A DNA stretch of 33,812 nt. It comes from Octopus bimaculoides. Lineage: Eukaryota. Shown here piece after piece: positions 1 to 11,100 of the stretch (positions are counted from its first letter, which is position 1; every line of letters begins with the position of its first letter). The stretch covers positions 30,468,407 through 30,502,218 of the forward strand of contig NC_068987.1 of assembly GCF_001194135.2 (NCBI RefSeq). The letters run 5' to 3'. The position numbers and the translations under genes were made by a program. Below the pieces are notes generated by a model. It saw only the letters and a list, made by a program, of their open reading frames with translations. It was not told the origin of the DNA and ran no database searches.

Positions 1-371
1 GAAACTTAATTCCTTTTACTTCTCGTTTCTTTCAACTTGTTGAATTTATTTCTGTATATTAATGAAACTGTATTTTTTTATGTGTAACGGTCAAAAAAAT
101 ATAATCTAAATCTTCAACATACATGTACGTAATGAACGCACGTTCAGCGTCTTGGTATGATACATCATAACATTGACGCAGCCTAAACTAAGATTTATGC
201 TTAGTGATAAATACTTATAATTAAGTTATAAGTAACGAGATTATCATTATAGCTTTTAGTTAATAAACAATAATATTTGTTATAACTTACGAATGAAAAC
301 ATTGTAAATAAAGATATAGTATATTTCACACTTCAACGACCTGTTGTGATAACCAAACACATAAAAATAAA

Positions 372-846
372 ATACATAAATGATTGTGCAGTATAAATTA
401 TAGATACATAAATGATTAAGAACTGTAAACTATAGATAAGTGACAGGGACTACAAACTACAGGTAGACACATAGATGAGAACTCTATATAAATTATAGAT
501 ATATGAATAATTGAGAAGTATAAACAACAGATACACAAAATATTGTGACAGTAATCTATAGAGAGACAATTGGGGACTATAAGCTATACATAGATAAATG
601 ATGGAGAAATACAAACAGCAGATCAGTAGACAATTCTAAACTTTAAACTATAAATAGATAAATAATTGGAGATTATAAATTACAGATACATAAATGAACA
701 GGAACTATGGAACTGTAAGCTTCATTTAGTTATTGGGACTGTAAACTATAGATAGAAGTAGATTAATTGGGGATTATAGGCTACAGATAAATAAACGATC
801 AAGAACTATAAAGTATAGACTGGGAATTATAAACTATAGAAACATA
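372..846. repeat. Degenerate ~32-bp minisatellite (consensus like ATACATAAATGATTGAGAACTATAAACTATAG); continues at 1361-1440 and about 1880-1930
   Basis: Recurrent TATAGATACATAAATGA and ACTATAAA motifs at roughly 30-35 bp spacing. Confidence 0.75.
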
Positions 847-1115
847 CAGTTCTATATTTAAGAGATGAGGAATTATTTACATTATTTACATTTGGCGGAT
901 ATTTGTCCTCATCTTTTTTGTTGTTAACACAACGTTTCAGCTGATATACCCTCCAGCCTTCGTCAGGTGTCTTGGGGAAATTTCGAACCTGGGTTCTCAT
1001 TCCTAACGATGTTACTATTATTATATTATTATTATTATTATTACTATTATTAATCAGGTCGCTGCCGTGAATCGAACTCGGAACCTTGGGGTTAGTAGCC
1101 CGCGCTCTTAACCAC
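847..1115 (-). mobile_element. Same element, left copy (lacks first 14 nt, longer 3' end ...AATTCCTCATCTCTTAAATATAGAACTG)
   Basis: 878-1115 is the reverse complement of 1130-1361 apart from about 3 substitutions and (AAT)n length. The dimer is flanked by the direct repeat ATAGAAACATA (836-846 and 1361-1371). Confidence 0.8.
926..971 (-). ncRNA. Minimal type I hammerhead ribozyme motif, second copy (same sense as USP39)
   Basis: Identical to 1268-1313 except stem II closes G-U (CAGCU) instead of G-C. Confidence 0.7.
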
Positions 1116-1360
1116 GGGCATATGGCGTAGTGGTTAAGAGCGAGGGCTACTAACCCCAAGGTTCCGAGTTCGATTCACGGCAGCGACCTGATTAATAATA
1201 GTAATAATAATAATATAATAATAGTAACATCGTTAGGAATGAGAACCCAGGTTCGAAATTTCCCCAAGACACCTGACGAAGGCTGGAGGGTATATCAGCC
1301 GAAACGTTGTGTTAACAACAAAAAAGATGAGGACAAATATCCGTCAAATGTAAATAATGT
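1116..1360 (+). mobile_element. tRNA-head SINE-like element with (AAT)n linker and hammerhead-containing 3' part, right copy (complete 5' end, 3'-truncated)
   Basis: A box TGGCGTAGTGG (1123-1133) sits at tRNA position 8 if 1116 is +1; B box GTTCGATTC; anticodon-like arm GGG-CTACTAA-CCC; acceptor stem does not pair; hammerhead at 1268-1313. Confidence 0.8.
1268..1313 (+). ncRNA. Minimal type I hammerhead ribozyme motif
   Basis: Stem I GACAC/GUGUU; core CUGACGA (1273-1279) plus an extra A; stem II GGCUG/CAGCC with a 10-nt loop; GAAA (1301-1304); palindromic AACGUU stem III; putative GUU cleavage after 1308. Confidence 0.75.
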
Positions 1361-1952
1361 ATAGAAACATAAATGAGAACAATAAACTGCAGATACTTAT
1401 ATGATTTGGAATTAGCGACAAATGAATGAAAACCATAAATATCATTGGTTCATTTTATGTCTATATTTCCATGCTAGCATGGGTAAGATGAAAACATAAG
1501 ATTTAGGCATAATTTTACAGTTAGTTGCCTTCTCAGCAATTCTTATGTGTTTTTAAGTTAGACAGTTTTTTAATTGCACTTGCCATTAAGAGTGTAGAAC
1601 TACCAGAGGATTTGTTGATGACACTGTCCCTACTTAAGAACAGAATATAAACATATATTCAGGCATGAAAAACATGAAGAAACACACAAGCGTGACAGGC
1701 TTTGTACAATTTCTATCTACCAAATACCCTCACAAGGAAGTAATTGGTTGGCCTAAGCCTACGGAAGACACTTGTCAATAGTGCTGCACTTTGGCATTGA
1801 ACCCAAACCTACATTATTACAAAGTATACAACCATGCCTGTACCTATTTCTTTAACTATACAACCATGCCTGTACCTATTTATAGATACATTAAATGATT
1901 TGGAATTATAAACAAAGATAAATAAGTGAGTGACAATCAAAAGTGATGATAT

Positions 1953-1958
1953 TTTATT
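1953..1958 (-). terminator. Candidate AATAAA polyadenylation signal of USP39
   Basis: AATAAA on the minus strand about 130 nt after the stop codon. The sequence is AT-rich, so a chance match is possible. Confidence 0.4.
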
Positions 1959-2085
1959 GAATTACTTTCATTAGTGATGTATATAAAATATGTTTTCTGG
2001 CAAGATGAATATTTTGCAAAAGAAATATACTGAGATGAATGTCAATGATGATGGATGGTAATAAGATACTGTTACTGAGAGGCAG

Positions 2086-2154
2086 CTAACTTGTCTCCAT
2101 GTCAGGATCTTTTTTATACAAAGGATTAGGGATATCTCTTCGAATTTCATAAAT
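2086..2154 (-). CDS. USP39: USP39 last coding exon (IYEIRRDIPNPLYKKDPDMETS*)
   Basis: Poly-T tract, then ccag|ATT; TAG at 2088-2086. Confidence 0.9.
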   Translation of the reverse strand: MYEIRRDIPNPLYKKDPDMETS

Positions 2155-5100
2155 CTGGAAAAAAAAAAAATACACAAGAAAGTGAAAAGCAATAATTAAT
2201 AAAATATTTTAATTTGGCATGGTTTCAGGTTTGGTTTCACAATACAAGTAATCTTGGATAAGTTTTCTGTAGCTCCAGGTTGACCTGTGAGTGAAATTGG
2301 TAGAGGGAAACTGCAGAAAGCTTCTTGTGCATGTGTGTTTAATAAATGGAAGACATAATTCTACCAAAAAGCACAAAAGATCTCTAAATTTACCATAACT
2401 TATTTATATATTAGAAGGTAGCAACATCACTGAGTATGAGGGCAGCCAACTTGGTAGAGTTCATTCCTATCTATGTAGTGTATCCAAGGTAATTTTGATT
2501 GGTAGAGTCCATTCAATGCTATCATGTAAGTGTACACTACAAATCAAATTAACTTGGTACAACCAACTGCTCAACAATCTACAGCTACCCATACTATGCT
2601 ACTGCTTAAAGCACTGAGTTACAACTGTAGTACATATTATTGATGAACTAGAATATCTGGTTCTTAGATATTTTGGTCATAGACAGATTATGAACAATTT
2701 ATTTATTATTATGGATGGGTTCCAACCTGGGCCATTATGTTCAATGACCACAAATTAATATGAACAAATGACCTCTTAATTTGTTCTCCATTACCCTATC
2801 AACTCAATCCACCCTCTCTTTCATTAATTAAATAATTACCTTTATTGTGAAATATTTAGAAATATATACAGATTTAGCTACCTGCTAGTTTTTCATAATA
2901 TTTTTCTAATTAGGTATGTTTCCTCAACTTTGCAGCAAGATATATGAATTTAATTGTATAATTGGATTAATTAGTATTTAAATTTGATAGCATAAGTATC
3001 GTGAAAGAAAAGATAGCAGTGTATTTATATGAGGGTAAGTCATGAGTTGGTATCAATATCAAAAGAATAATGGAAATTAATTAAATATTTCGGTATTAAT
3101 CATTGCACAATGATTAACATAGTCCAGTAGTGTATCCACACAGACACGAACACACTCAATGAACTTGGCAGTGGTTGGATTGGGGCTATAGTAGCAAACA
3201 TTTGCTCAAGGTGCTCTGTAGTAGGACTGAACCAAAAACCGTGAGGTTGCGAAACGAATTTCTTAACCACATAGCCACGCCTGCACTTGAATTATTATTG
3301 ATAAAGTACCTGGGAAATGAGTATCTGTATGAATTGGAAGAGACTTCAAAGGGAAGTAGGAAGGAAGACAAGCTTACCTGAATATAACTTTCAGAGAGAG
3401 TAATCATTTGAGGTAGAATATCAGCAACATGTAAATCTTGAAGCTCAAACCATTTCCCAGTTCCCTGAAGGGAATTAAATAAGAGTCATTATTTAAATCC
3501 ACAATGTTGAAGGGTTTTAAACAGACATGAAGATTTGCAAGGTATGACAGAGTATGTTGAAGGCTGACTTCTGGACCCTGAACCTAACAGAGATGACAAA
3601 AAAGACTGGGATGGTTAGTGATGTGCAGTTCTTGAGAAGACCTACCCAACTTGGCAAAACTAAGTTCTGGAAGTGTTTTTTTAGTGTGTGTGGGTATGCA
3701 TGCCAACATCGTCTCCTTCATTGGACACGAAACTCAGCTTGCAAAGACTTATTGGGGCAAGCGAAAGCGAAATTGTGATGGCACCTGTGCCCAGCATCGC
3801 CTTTCTGGCACTTGTGCCCGCGGCATGTGTAAGGACTTTCGAGCGAGGTCGTTGCCAGTGCCCCTGGACTGGCTCTTGTGCGGGTGGCACATAAAATACA
3901 CCATTTTGAGCGTGGCCGTTGCCAGTACCGCCTGACTGGCCTTCGTAGGATTTTTGAGTGAGATCATTGCCAGTGCTCCTGGACTGGCACATAAAATNNN
4001 NNNNNNNNNNNNNNNNNNNNNNNNNNNNNNNNNNNNNNNNNNNNNNNNNNNNNNNNNNNNNNNNNNNNNNNNNNNNNNNNNNNNNNNNNNNNNNNNNNNN
4101 NNNNNNNNNNNNNNNNNNNNNNNNNNNNNNNNNNNNNNNNNNNNNNNNNNNNNNNNNNNNNNNNNNNNNNNNNNNNNNNNNNNNNNNNNNNNNNNNNNNN
4201 NNNNNNNNNNNNNNNNNNNNNNNNNNNNNNNNNNNNNNNNNNNNNNNNNNNNNNNNNNNNNNNNNNNNNNNNNNNNNNNNNNNNNNNNNNNNNNNNNNNN
4301 NNNNNNNNTGTACATGATGAATAAAATAAATGATAATAATAATAATAGCATGTAAATTGTTTGGGTGCGTGACTTTTGGCCCACTCTGCACACCAGGACC
4401 TTTGCCCAATTCTCCCCTGAAGAGACCCTCACCGCCCTTCATCTATCTAACTGCAGTTTTTCTCACTTCCGAAACCATTTCACTTGATATCCATTCCTTA
4501 TCCTTAATACTGTCCTTCCCACCCACATTTTATACTGAACCCCTCCTCACCTCCTGAACCACTAAATCCTGTCACCTACTCCATGTCTCTCACCCCCCCT
4601 ATGCATTAAGACTGCCTCTCCCTTCCCCCCACACTCTTGCAGCCTACCCACATTTATCATCTCTTTCATCTTTCTCCTGTCTATGTTATCATCATTACTA
4701 TTCTATTCTTTACACATATTATCACAGGTAATGTTCCACCTTTCATCCCTCTCCAATCCCTACAGTCGTCACCTACTCTTCCCAATATTCCCAACTTATC
4801 CATTCAACACTTGTTCCTCATTCCTTATACAGGGTGTCCACAAAGTCTGGGTACACGGAGTAAATAATAATTTCTTAAAGTATGTGTTAATCCCCATGTG
4901 GGTACATGGAGTAAATAAGATCATAACATAAACAATCAAATATAAGAAATAATAATTTCTTAAAGTATGTATTAATCCCATGTACCCAAACTTTGTGGAC
5001 ACCCTGTATTCACCCCTTCATCTTTTCTCCACTTCTCACTCTTCCAAATACTTTTGCGATCTCTGCTCACATTCTTGGTTTTTCTGCCCCCATTCACTTC

Positions 5101-8100
5101 TGCTTATCTTCTACCTTGAGAGTTCACACAGACGCCTCATCACCCCTATTTTTATTTTTTCTTTGCTCCACCTTGACCATCCCTACTCATTTTTCTATAA
5201 TGTGAGTAACCATGTGGACCCTCTAGTGCAATAAACCTATTTTGCTATAGCCCTTTCTCCAAACATGAAGCCACCTCTCTCGACATTTGTAGTCTTACAC
5301 ATTGCAAGGTGATTTCACTTGAGGTGGAGGCATGAAAAAAGCAACCATTATATGTTCTGAAGTAGTTGGTGTCAGGAAGGGCATCTAGCTATAGAAACCA
5401 TGTCAAATTAGACAGTGGAGCATGTTGCAGTTCTTGAACTCAGATCATTTCAAACAGTTCAACCCATGCCAACAAAGAACAAGGACATTAAATGATGATG
5501 ATGATAACAATGATGAACATTACATGGAGAAACTGAATATGACATATGCTACAGTAAAGGAATAACGAAGTGTGAAAAACATTACATGGAGTGACAGAGT
5601 ATAACAAATATTTTTATGAGGTCAAGCAACTGCTTAGATGCTGTTGCAAGTTGTACAGGATGGTGACTGGATCAAGCACAGCAGTATTCTCTCCACACCT
5701 ACTAAAACATTTCGTCATTAAACACTTATTAAAAACCTACATGCATAATAATTTACCTTATGTAAGATGTGTACCCGATATGTTCCTTTATCAGATCCAG
5801 ATTCCCCTTCATGAACAATGTTTGCGATGAGATCATATGTGGTGTAGGGATGTTTCACCCGTATTTCAGGCGTCAGCAAATCTCCAAAGTCAATATTTCT
5901 AGAACAGAAATAATAATTATATAGAGAAAGTATTTGTGAACAGAGAAAACTACTTTTTGAGTGAAGTTTAACAACAAATCTGAATAAACATCTTCTGTTA
6001 GTCATAAATCATAACACTACACTGATAAAAAAAAAGATTGTGTTCTGTCAGTTGTAAATCAAAATTCAGTCTTAACACTGCACTGACGAGGTATATTAAT
6101 GTAGATTGTGATCTATACTGGTCCTGAATCCTAAGACTGCATAGATAGAAGAAATTAACAGAGTTTCTGTCAGCTATAAATCTGTGTGTGATCTCTATCA
6201 GCCATAGATCATAACACTGCATTGATGGAGAAGATAAATGGAGCTTGTAATTTCATTCATTTAACAACAAAGCAAAATTTCTATCGTTAAGTTTTAGTTA
6301 ATGAGAAGGTTTTACAAACATCATACATCTTTATGCAATTATGCCACAAATAGTAGTTAAGCCCTAGGAACCTTAACCAATTTACTAAATTATGGATGTA
6401 TTCTCATAAAATGTGTCTATGTGTTGTTAGCCCGTTAAGCACAGCTCCTTTTAATTGTTTCAGTCATTTGACTGCGGCGATGCTGGAGCACCACCTTTAG
6501 TCAAGCAAATCGACCCTAGAGCTTATTCTTTGTAAGCCTAGTACTTATTCTATTGGTCTCTTTTGCCGAACTGCTAAGTTACGGGGACATAAACACCCCA
6601 GCATCGGTTGTCAAGCGATGTTGGGAGGACAAACACAGATACACAAACACACACAGATATATATATATATATATATATACGACAGGCTTCTTCCAGTTTT
6701 CATCTACCAAATCCACTCACAAGGCTTTGGTCAGCCCGAGGCTATACCCAAGGTATAAGACACTTACCCAAGGTGCCATGTGGTGGGACTGAACCCAGGA
6801 CCATGTGGTTGGTAAACAAGCTACTTACCACACATCATAAGATATGTAGCGATTGAAATGTTTCTATTATAAGGTTAAATTCTTGGATTATACATTTAGT
6901 TGCTCTGGAAAGTTCTCATAATAACAAATCAAAAATGGGTTTACAGCTGTCATTAGCAATTTTTAGCATTGCTAATCTGAATTTATGATTTTCTCTGCTC
7001 TTTCTATTCAAAAATTATGCATGCTACACTATTAACAATATGTTCTGAAGGAAGGCAAACTTGAAAAATTCACTCTCTCGAGAAATTTAACATTCCAAGA
7101 GAAAATGTTTCTATTTTACTATAACAGACACTAGCATTGGTATTAGCAAAACAAAAGGACCAATTGATACATAAATATTGAGTTTTAAGGACCCATGTAA
7201 CACGAAAATAGAATTCAGATAAGACAAATTCATTCTAAAATATATATTTCTCTTCAATGCTGCATACTCCTCAGACAATGATGATGTTTCCAGTAGTGGA
7301 ACACCCCATTCTAGTGAGATAATAGAGTATGTGATGTGAGGTAAACTTTTGCTTAGATCGTTGACAAACATGCCAAATGGTTAACTTATCAGGTGGCCTT
7401 TTTGATACCAACCTGCCAAAGACCAGTCCTGAGATGTAAAGTGCTTGTTTTAAAGTGAATCAAACTAAAATCTTCCATCAAAATTTTACATTAAATTATG
7501 CTCAAAACATCAAAGTTTATTTTACAAAATTGTTCATTATTTTCAAAATTAATTGAGACAAAAAGGTGGTGAGATAATAGAATTGTTACCATCATCATCA
7601 TTTAGTGTCTATTGTGCATGCTGGCATAGGTTGGATGGTTTGACCAGGGCTAGCAAGCTGGAAGGCTGCACCAGCCTCCAGGCTGATTTGGCATGGTTTC
7701 TACAGCTGGATGGTCTTCCTAACACCAACCAGTCCAAAAGGATAATGGGTGCTTTTATATGCTATTTGCATGACACCAATATCTGCCATGATTGTGACTT
7801 TACTTGGCTCGATGGGTCTTCTTCTCATGCATGACATAATGCCAAGGTCTCGGTCATTCATCATTGCTTCTGTGAGGCCCAACACTCAAAAAGAGCTTTT
7901 CATGTGCCACTGGCATCGGCTACGTTGCCTCCGTGAAGACCAACGTTTGAAAGGTGCCAGTTACATGACACTAGCATTGGCCATGACTACAATTTCACTT
8001 AGCTTGATGGGTCTTCTCAAGCACTGCCACACCAAGTAAAATGTTTAGCAGCATTTCTTCTAACTTTTATGTTCTAAGTTCAAATGCTACATGGTTCAAC

Positions 8101-11100
8101 TTTGCCTTTCATCCTTTCAGGGGCCAACAAAAGAAGTACCAGTTGAACTTTGGGCTTAATGTACTTTACTTAGCCAACAACCATGGAGAGAGAGAAGGGG
8201 AGAGAGAGAGAGAGAGAGAAATTGCTCAAACAGAAAAAGACATGTAGTGACTTACTTGATAGGAAAGTTTACAATGGTTGGATTTTTCTCAGAGACAAAA
8301 TAATTTTTAGTGAATCGCTGAAAACAGAGCAAGTAATAAAGAATCAGCATCACAGATAAATATGACTACTATTGTTGACTAATACTGTAGATTTTGCTGC
8401 TCAACCCTAGTTCAACCCGACCAAGCAGTCCTGTGGCAAGAAGGGAGTTGACTGAATGACTGAAACACACAAATCCATCTTCCCAGTTACACCATGGCTT
8501 TGTCCAGCTGAGGCTTCAAACTACAAAACTCCACCAACAAATGCAGAGGAACTGCCCACTGACCAAGTCTGTCGTGTCAGATTTCAGTGAGGACATCATC
8601 AAGATGTACAGGTGTATACAGAAATAGACTGGACAGTGGACAATAATATTGTAACAGCTGCATAATGTAATAAGAAACAGAAATCACTCAAGAGTCCTAC
8701 ATCTTGAGCCTCTAGTAATGCAACAAAGCAGCCTATAATGAGTCAGCAGGACAATCTCTAATGAATCAAAGGAAGGTCACACTGGCTGCAAGAAAGAGTA
8801 GCCAAATCTCCCTTAATCCAGAAAAAGGACATACTGGATAATGTAATTCAAAGTACACTAGGACTGAAGAAAGAAGGTGGGATGGTCATGGTTAGAATGG
8901 AATGGCTTTGATGATCAGCTTGAGCAGAGTTGACGAGGGGTTAAACAACAAATATAAAATGTGGCTTACACCAACAAAAGAACCCCAATTGAGTTTCTCG
9001 TCCTGCTAGAAATAATAACTAAATTTCTCAGAATTCACTTCCTACAACTTTAAAAAAAGAGTCACACTGTAATATGGTTTAAAACAGGGCTGACCAACCT
9101 GAGGGCTGCAGGCCACAGACTTTTATCTTGCAGCTTGCTTGATACTTTCTTGAAATGGATTTATTTAAACAAACATTTAAAAAATTTTATCAAAAATTAA
9201 AATGTGTTATGGAAAGTAATGAAGAAAGATACTAGTTTTTGCAACGATAATATTTCATGTTGAATCAACGATCATTCATTCATTATTGTAATAACAGCAT
9301 GAGAAAGCAAAATGCTTTCAATTCTGTCAGTGTACAAGTGGCCCTCAAAAAACTCCCTGTGATTGAAGTGGCCCACAATATAATTTGAGTTGGCCAGGCC
9401 TGGTTTAAAGATATACTAAATATGAGAAAGGAAGAAAAAACGGGATGGTGACAACTAAATCATCTTTGGTCATGTATATACTCAATCAGGGTTAACCGTA
9501 TTCTCAAAATCAAGGACAGCAGATTAAAATTGGTTTTAACATTTCTTTTTTTTTTGGTTTCAATGTGTTTTTGTTTTTTTTAACAAAGTAGAGTGAAATT
9601 AGATAGCATGTTGATAGAGGAAAGCTATTATTGTTGTTGATAAACACTTGGTCAGCTTTGTTCAAGTTACAGCCAAAAACCATTCTAACCATGGACATCC
9701 TGTCTTTTTTATCAAGCTACTATAGAAAATCATTCCAACCACGATCATCCTGTCTTTTTTAAGTGTTCCTAATACAGTGCATCTAGTATCACATTATTCT
9801 ATTTCCATTAAAGACAGTAGAATGTGATTTGATGGAGATTTGACTGCTATTTGTAACTGGACAAGAGACTAATAGAATACCTCGTTTGGCTTGTCAACAT
9901 AGAAAAGAAGATGATGCTGATAATGGTTATAATGACAATAAATAATGATGAGTGTGTGTGCCAGTAATGATAAATAGATATTTACCTTGTGTCTACCTAA
10001 CAAAAAAGAAACACCATAAGCTTGTCTACAAAGTTCTACATGCATGAATAAATTCTAAACAATAACATAATCCCAAATTTAATCATTAAAATTTTTTTTT
10101 CAAAAATACCTTTCCATAATAACCAACTACAAAAACCTAATTACTCCACTGCCCAAGATAATTTTAACTCAACAGAGACTATATAACGGCAAGACTAATG
10201 TACCGCAGTCTGATAATGGCTTAGCTGACTGAAACTTTGAAGTCACTGTCTATAACATTCTTGTATAAGAATAATAAATATTTACCTTGACATAGAGGAT
10301 AATATAAGGTGGCAACTTGAAAATTTTGAATCTCTTCATTGTAGAGTCTTTATAGGTTTTATATTCTTTTTCTGTGATGCCATTGAATTTGGCAAGAATG
10401 TTAGCCAAAGGAACCTGCGGAATGATATTTTCACGTAAGTCGTCAGGATAGAGTGGAGGTGCAGGCAGGTCACAAGTCAGATACAGAAACTGAGTATCTT
10501 CTGCCGTTTCTGTAAAATATAAAATGGTAAAACATGACAGATGAAGACACTGAAATATATAATATGTTTTGGAAATCGTAGGTGAACATTGCCAAATAAC
10601 GATCTTATTAACCAAATAGTGGCTGAATACCCAATTTGCTATAGCTCAAGTTATACATGACATGTTGCCTTGAGTAAATAAACAAATCTCTTGTTTATTT
10701 TATTATCATTACTATTCTACTAATCTTCACACATATTATCATAGGTCATGCTGAACCTTTTGTCCCTATATAATCTCAACAGTTGTCACCTACTCTATAT
10801 CTCCTACTTATCATCCATTCAATGCTGTTCTGTATTCCTTATATTCACCCCCTCATCCTTTCTCCATCTCTCACTATCCCAAACACTTTTGCAACCTCAG
10901 TCCATCAAGTCTTGGTTTTGATACCCCCCATTCACTTCTACCAGGTTTCAGAGCAGTGAGTATTGTTTGTTCTGGTGTACAAAATAACCCTTCTTGTGAA
11001 GGTATCATGACAAAATGCACCTAGTACATTGTAGTTGATGAATGAGTCAAAAAAGCATAGGTTTCAGATTTGAGAGGGTCTTTTAGTCTTGTCTTGCTAA

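Noticed and set aside
827-1159. 110-aa ORF
   Set aside because: It reads across the SINE dimer and the (AAT)n microsatellite; no protein-like features.
1116-1190. Functional tRNA (anticodon ACT-like)
   Set aside because: The acceptor stem does not pair, the anticodon stem has only 3 pairs and the T stem has a mismatch. It is fused to a repeat body, so it is a SINE head.
878-1361. Inverted repeat as a pure fold-back assembly artefact
   Set aside because: The arms differ by substitutions and microsatellite length, have different 3' ends and are bounded by a TSD-like repeat. Not fully excluded without long reads.
1825-1881. 25-bp direct repeat (also a 14-bp repeat at 5516-5529/5578-5591)
   Set aside because: Only two copies, consistent with slippage or small duplications; not CRISPR-like.
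3651-3935. GC-richer ORFs recurring at 3651-3935, 13668-14059, 17264-17467 and 18372-18833
   Set aside because: They are translations of the same repeat family in several frames, with no coding signature.
3681-4442. Long ORFs spanning N runs (also 28900-29844 and 31429-32568)
   Set aside because: Artefacts of translating through assembly gaps.
4417-4475. Second hammerhead (CTGAAGA ... GAAAC)
   Set aside because: No stem II or stem I complementarity between or around the core boxes.
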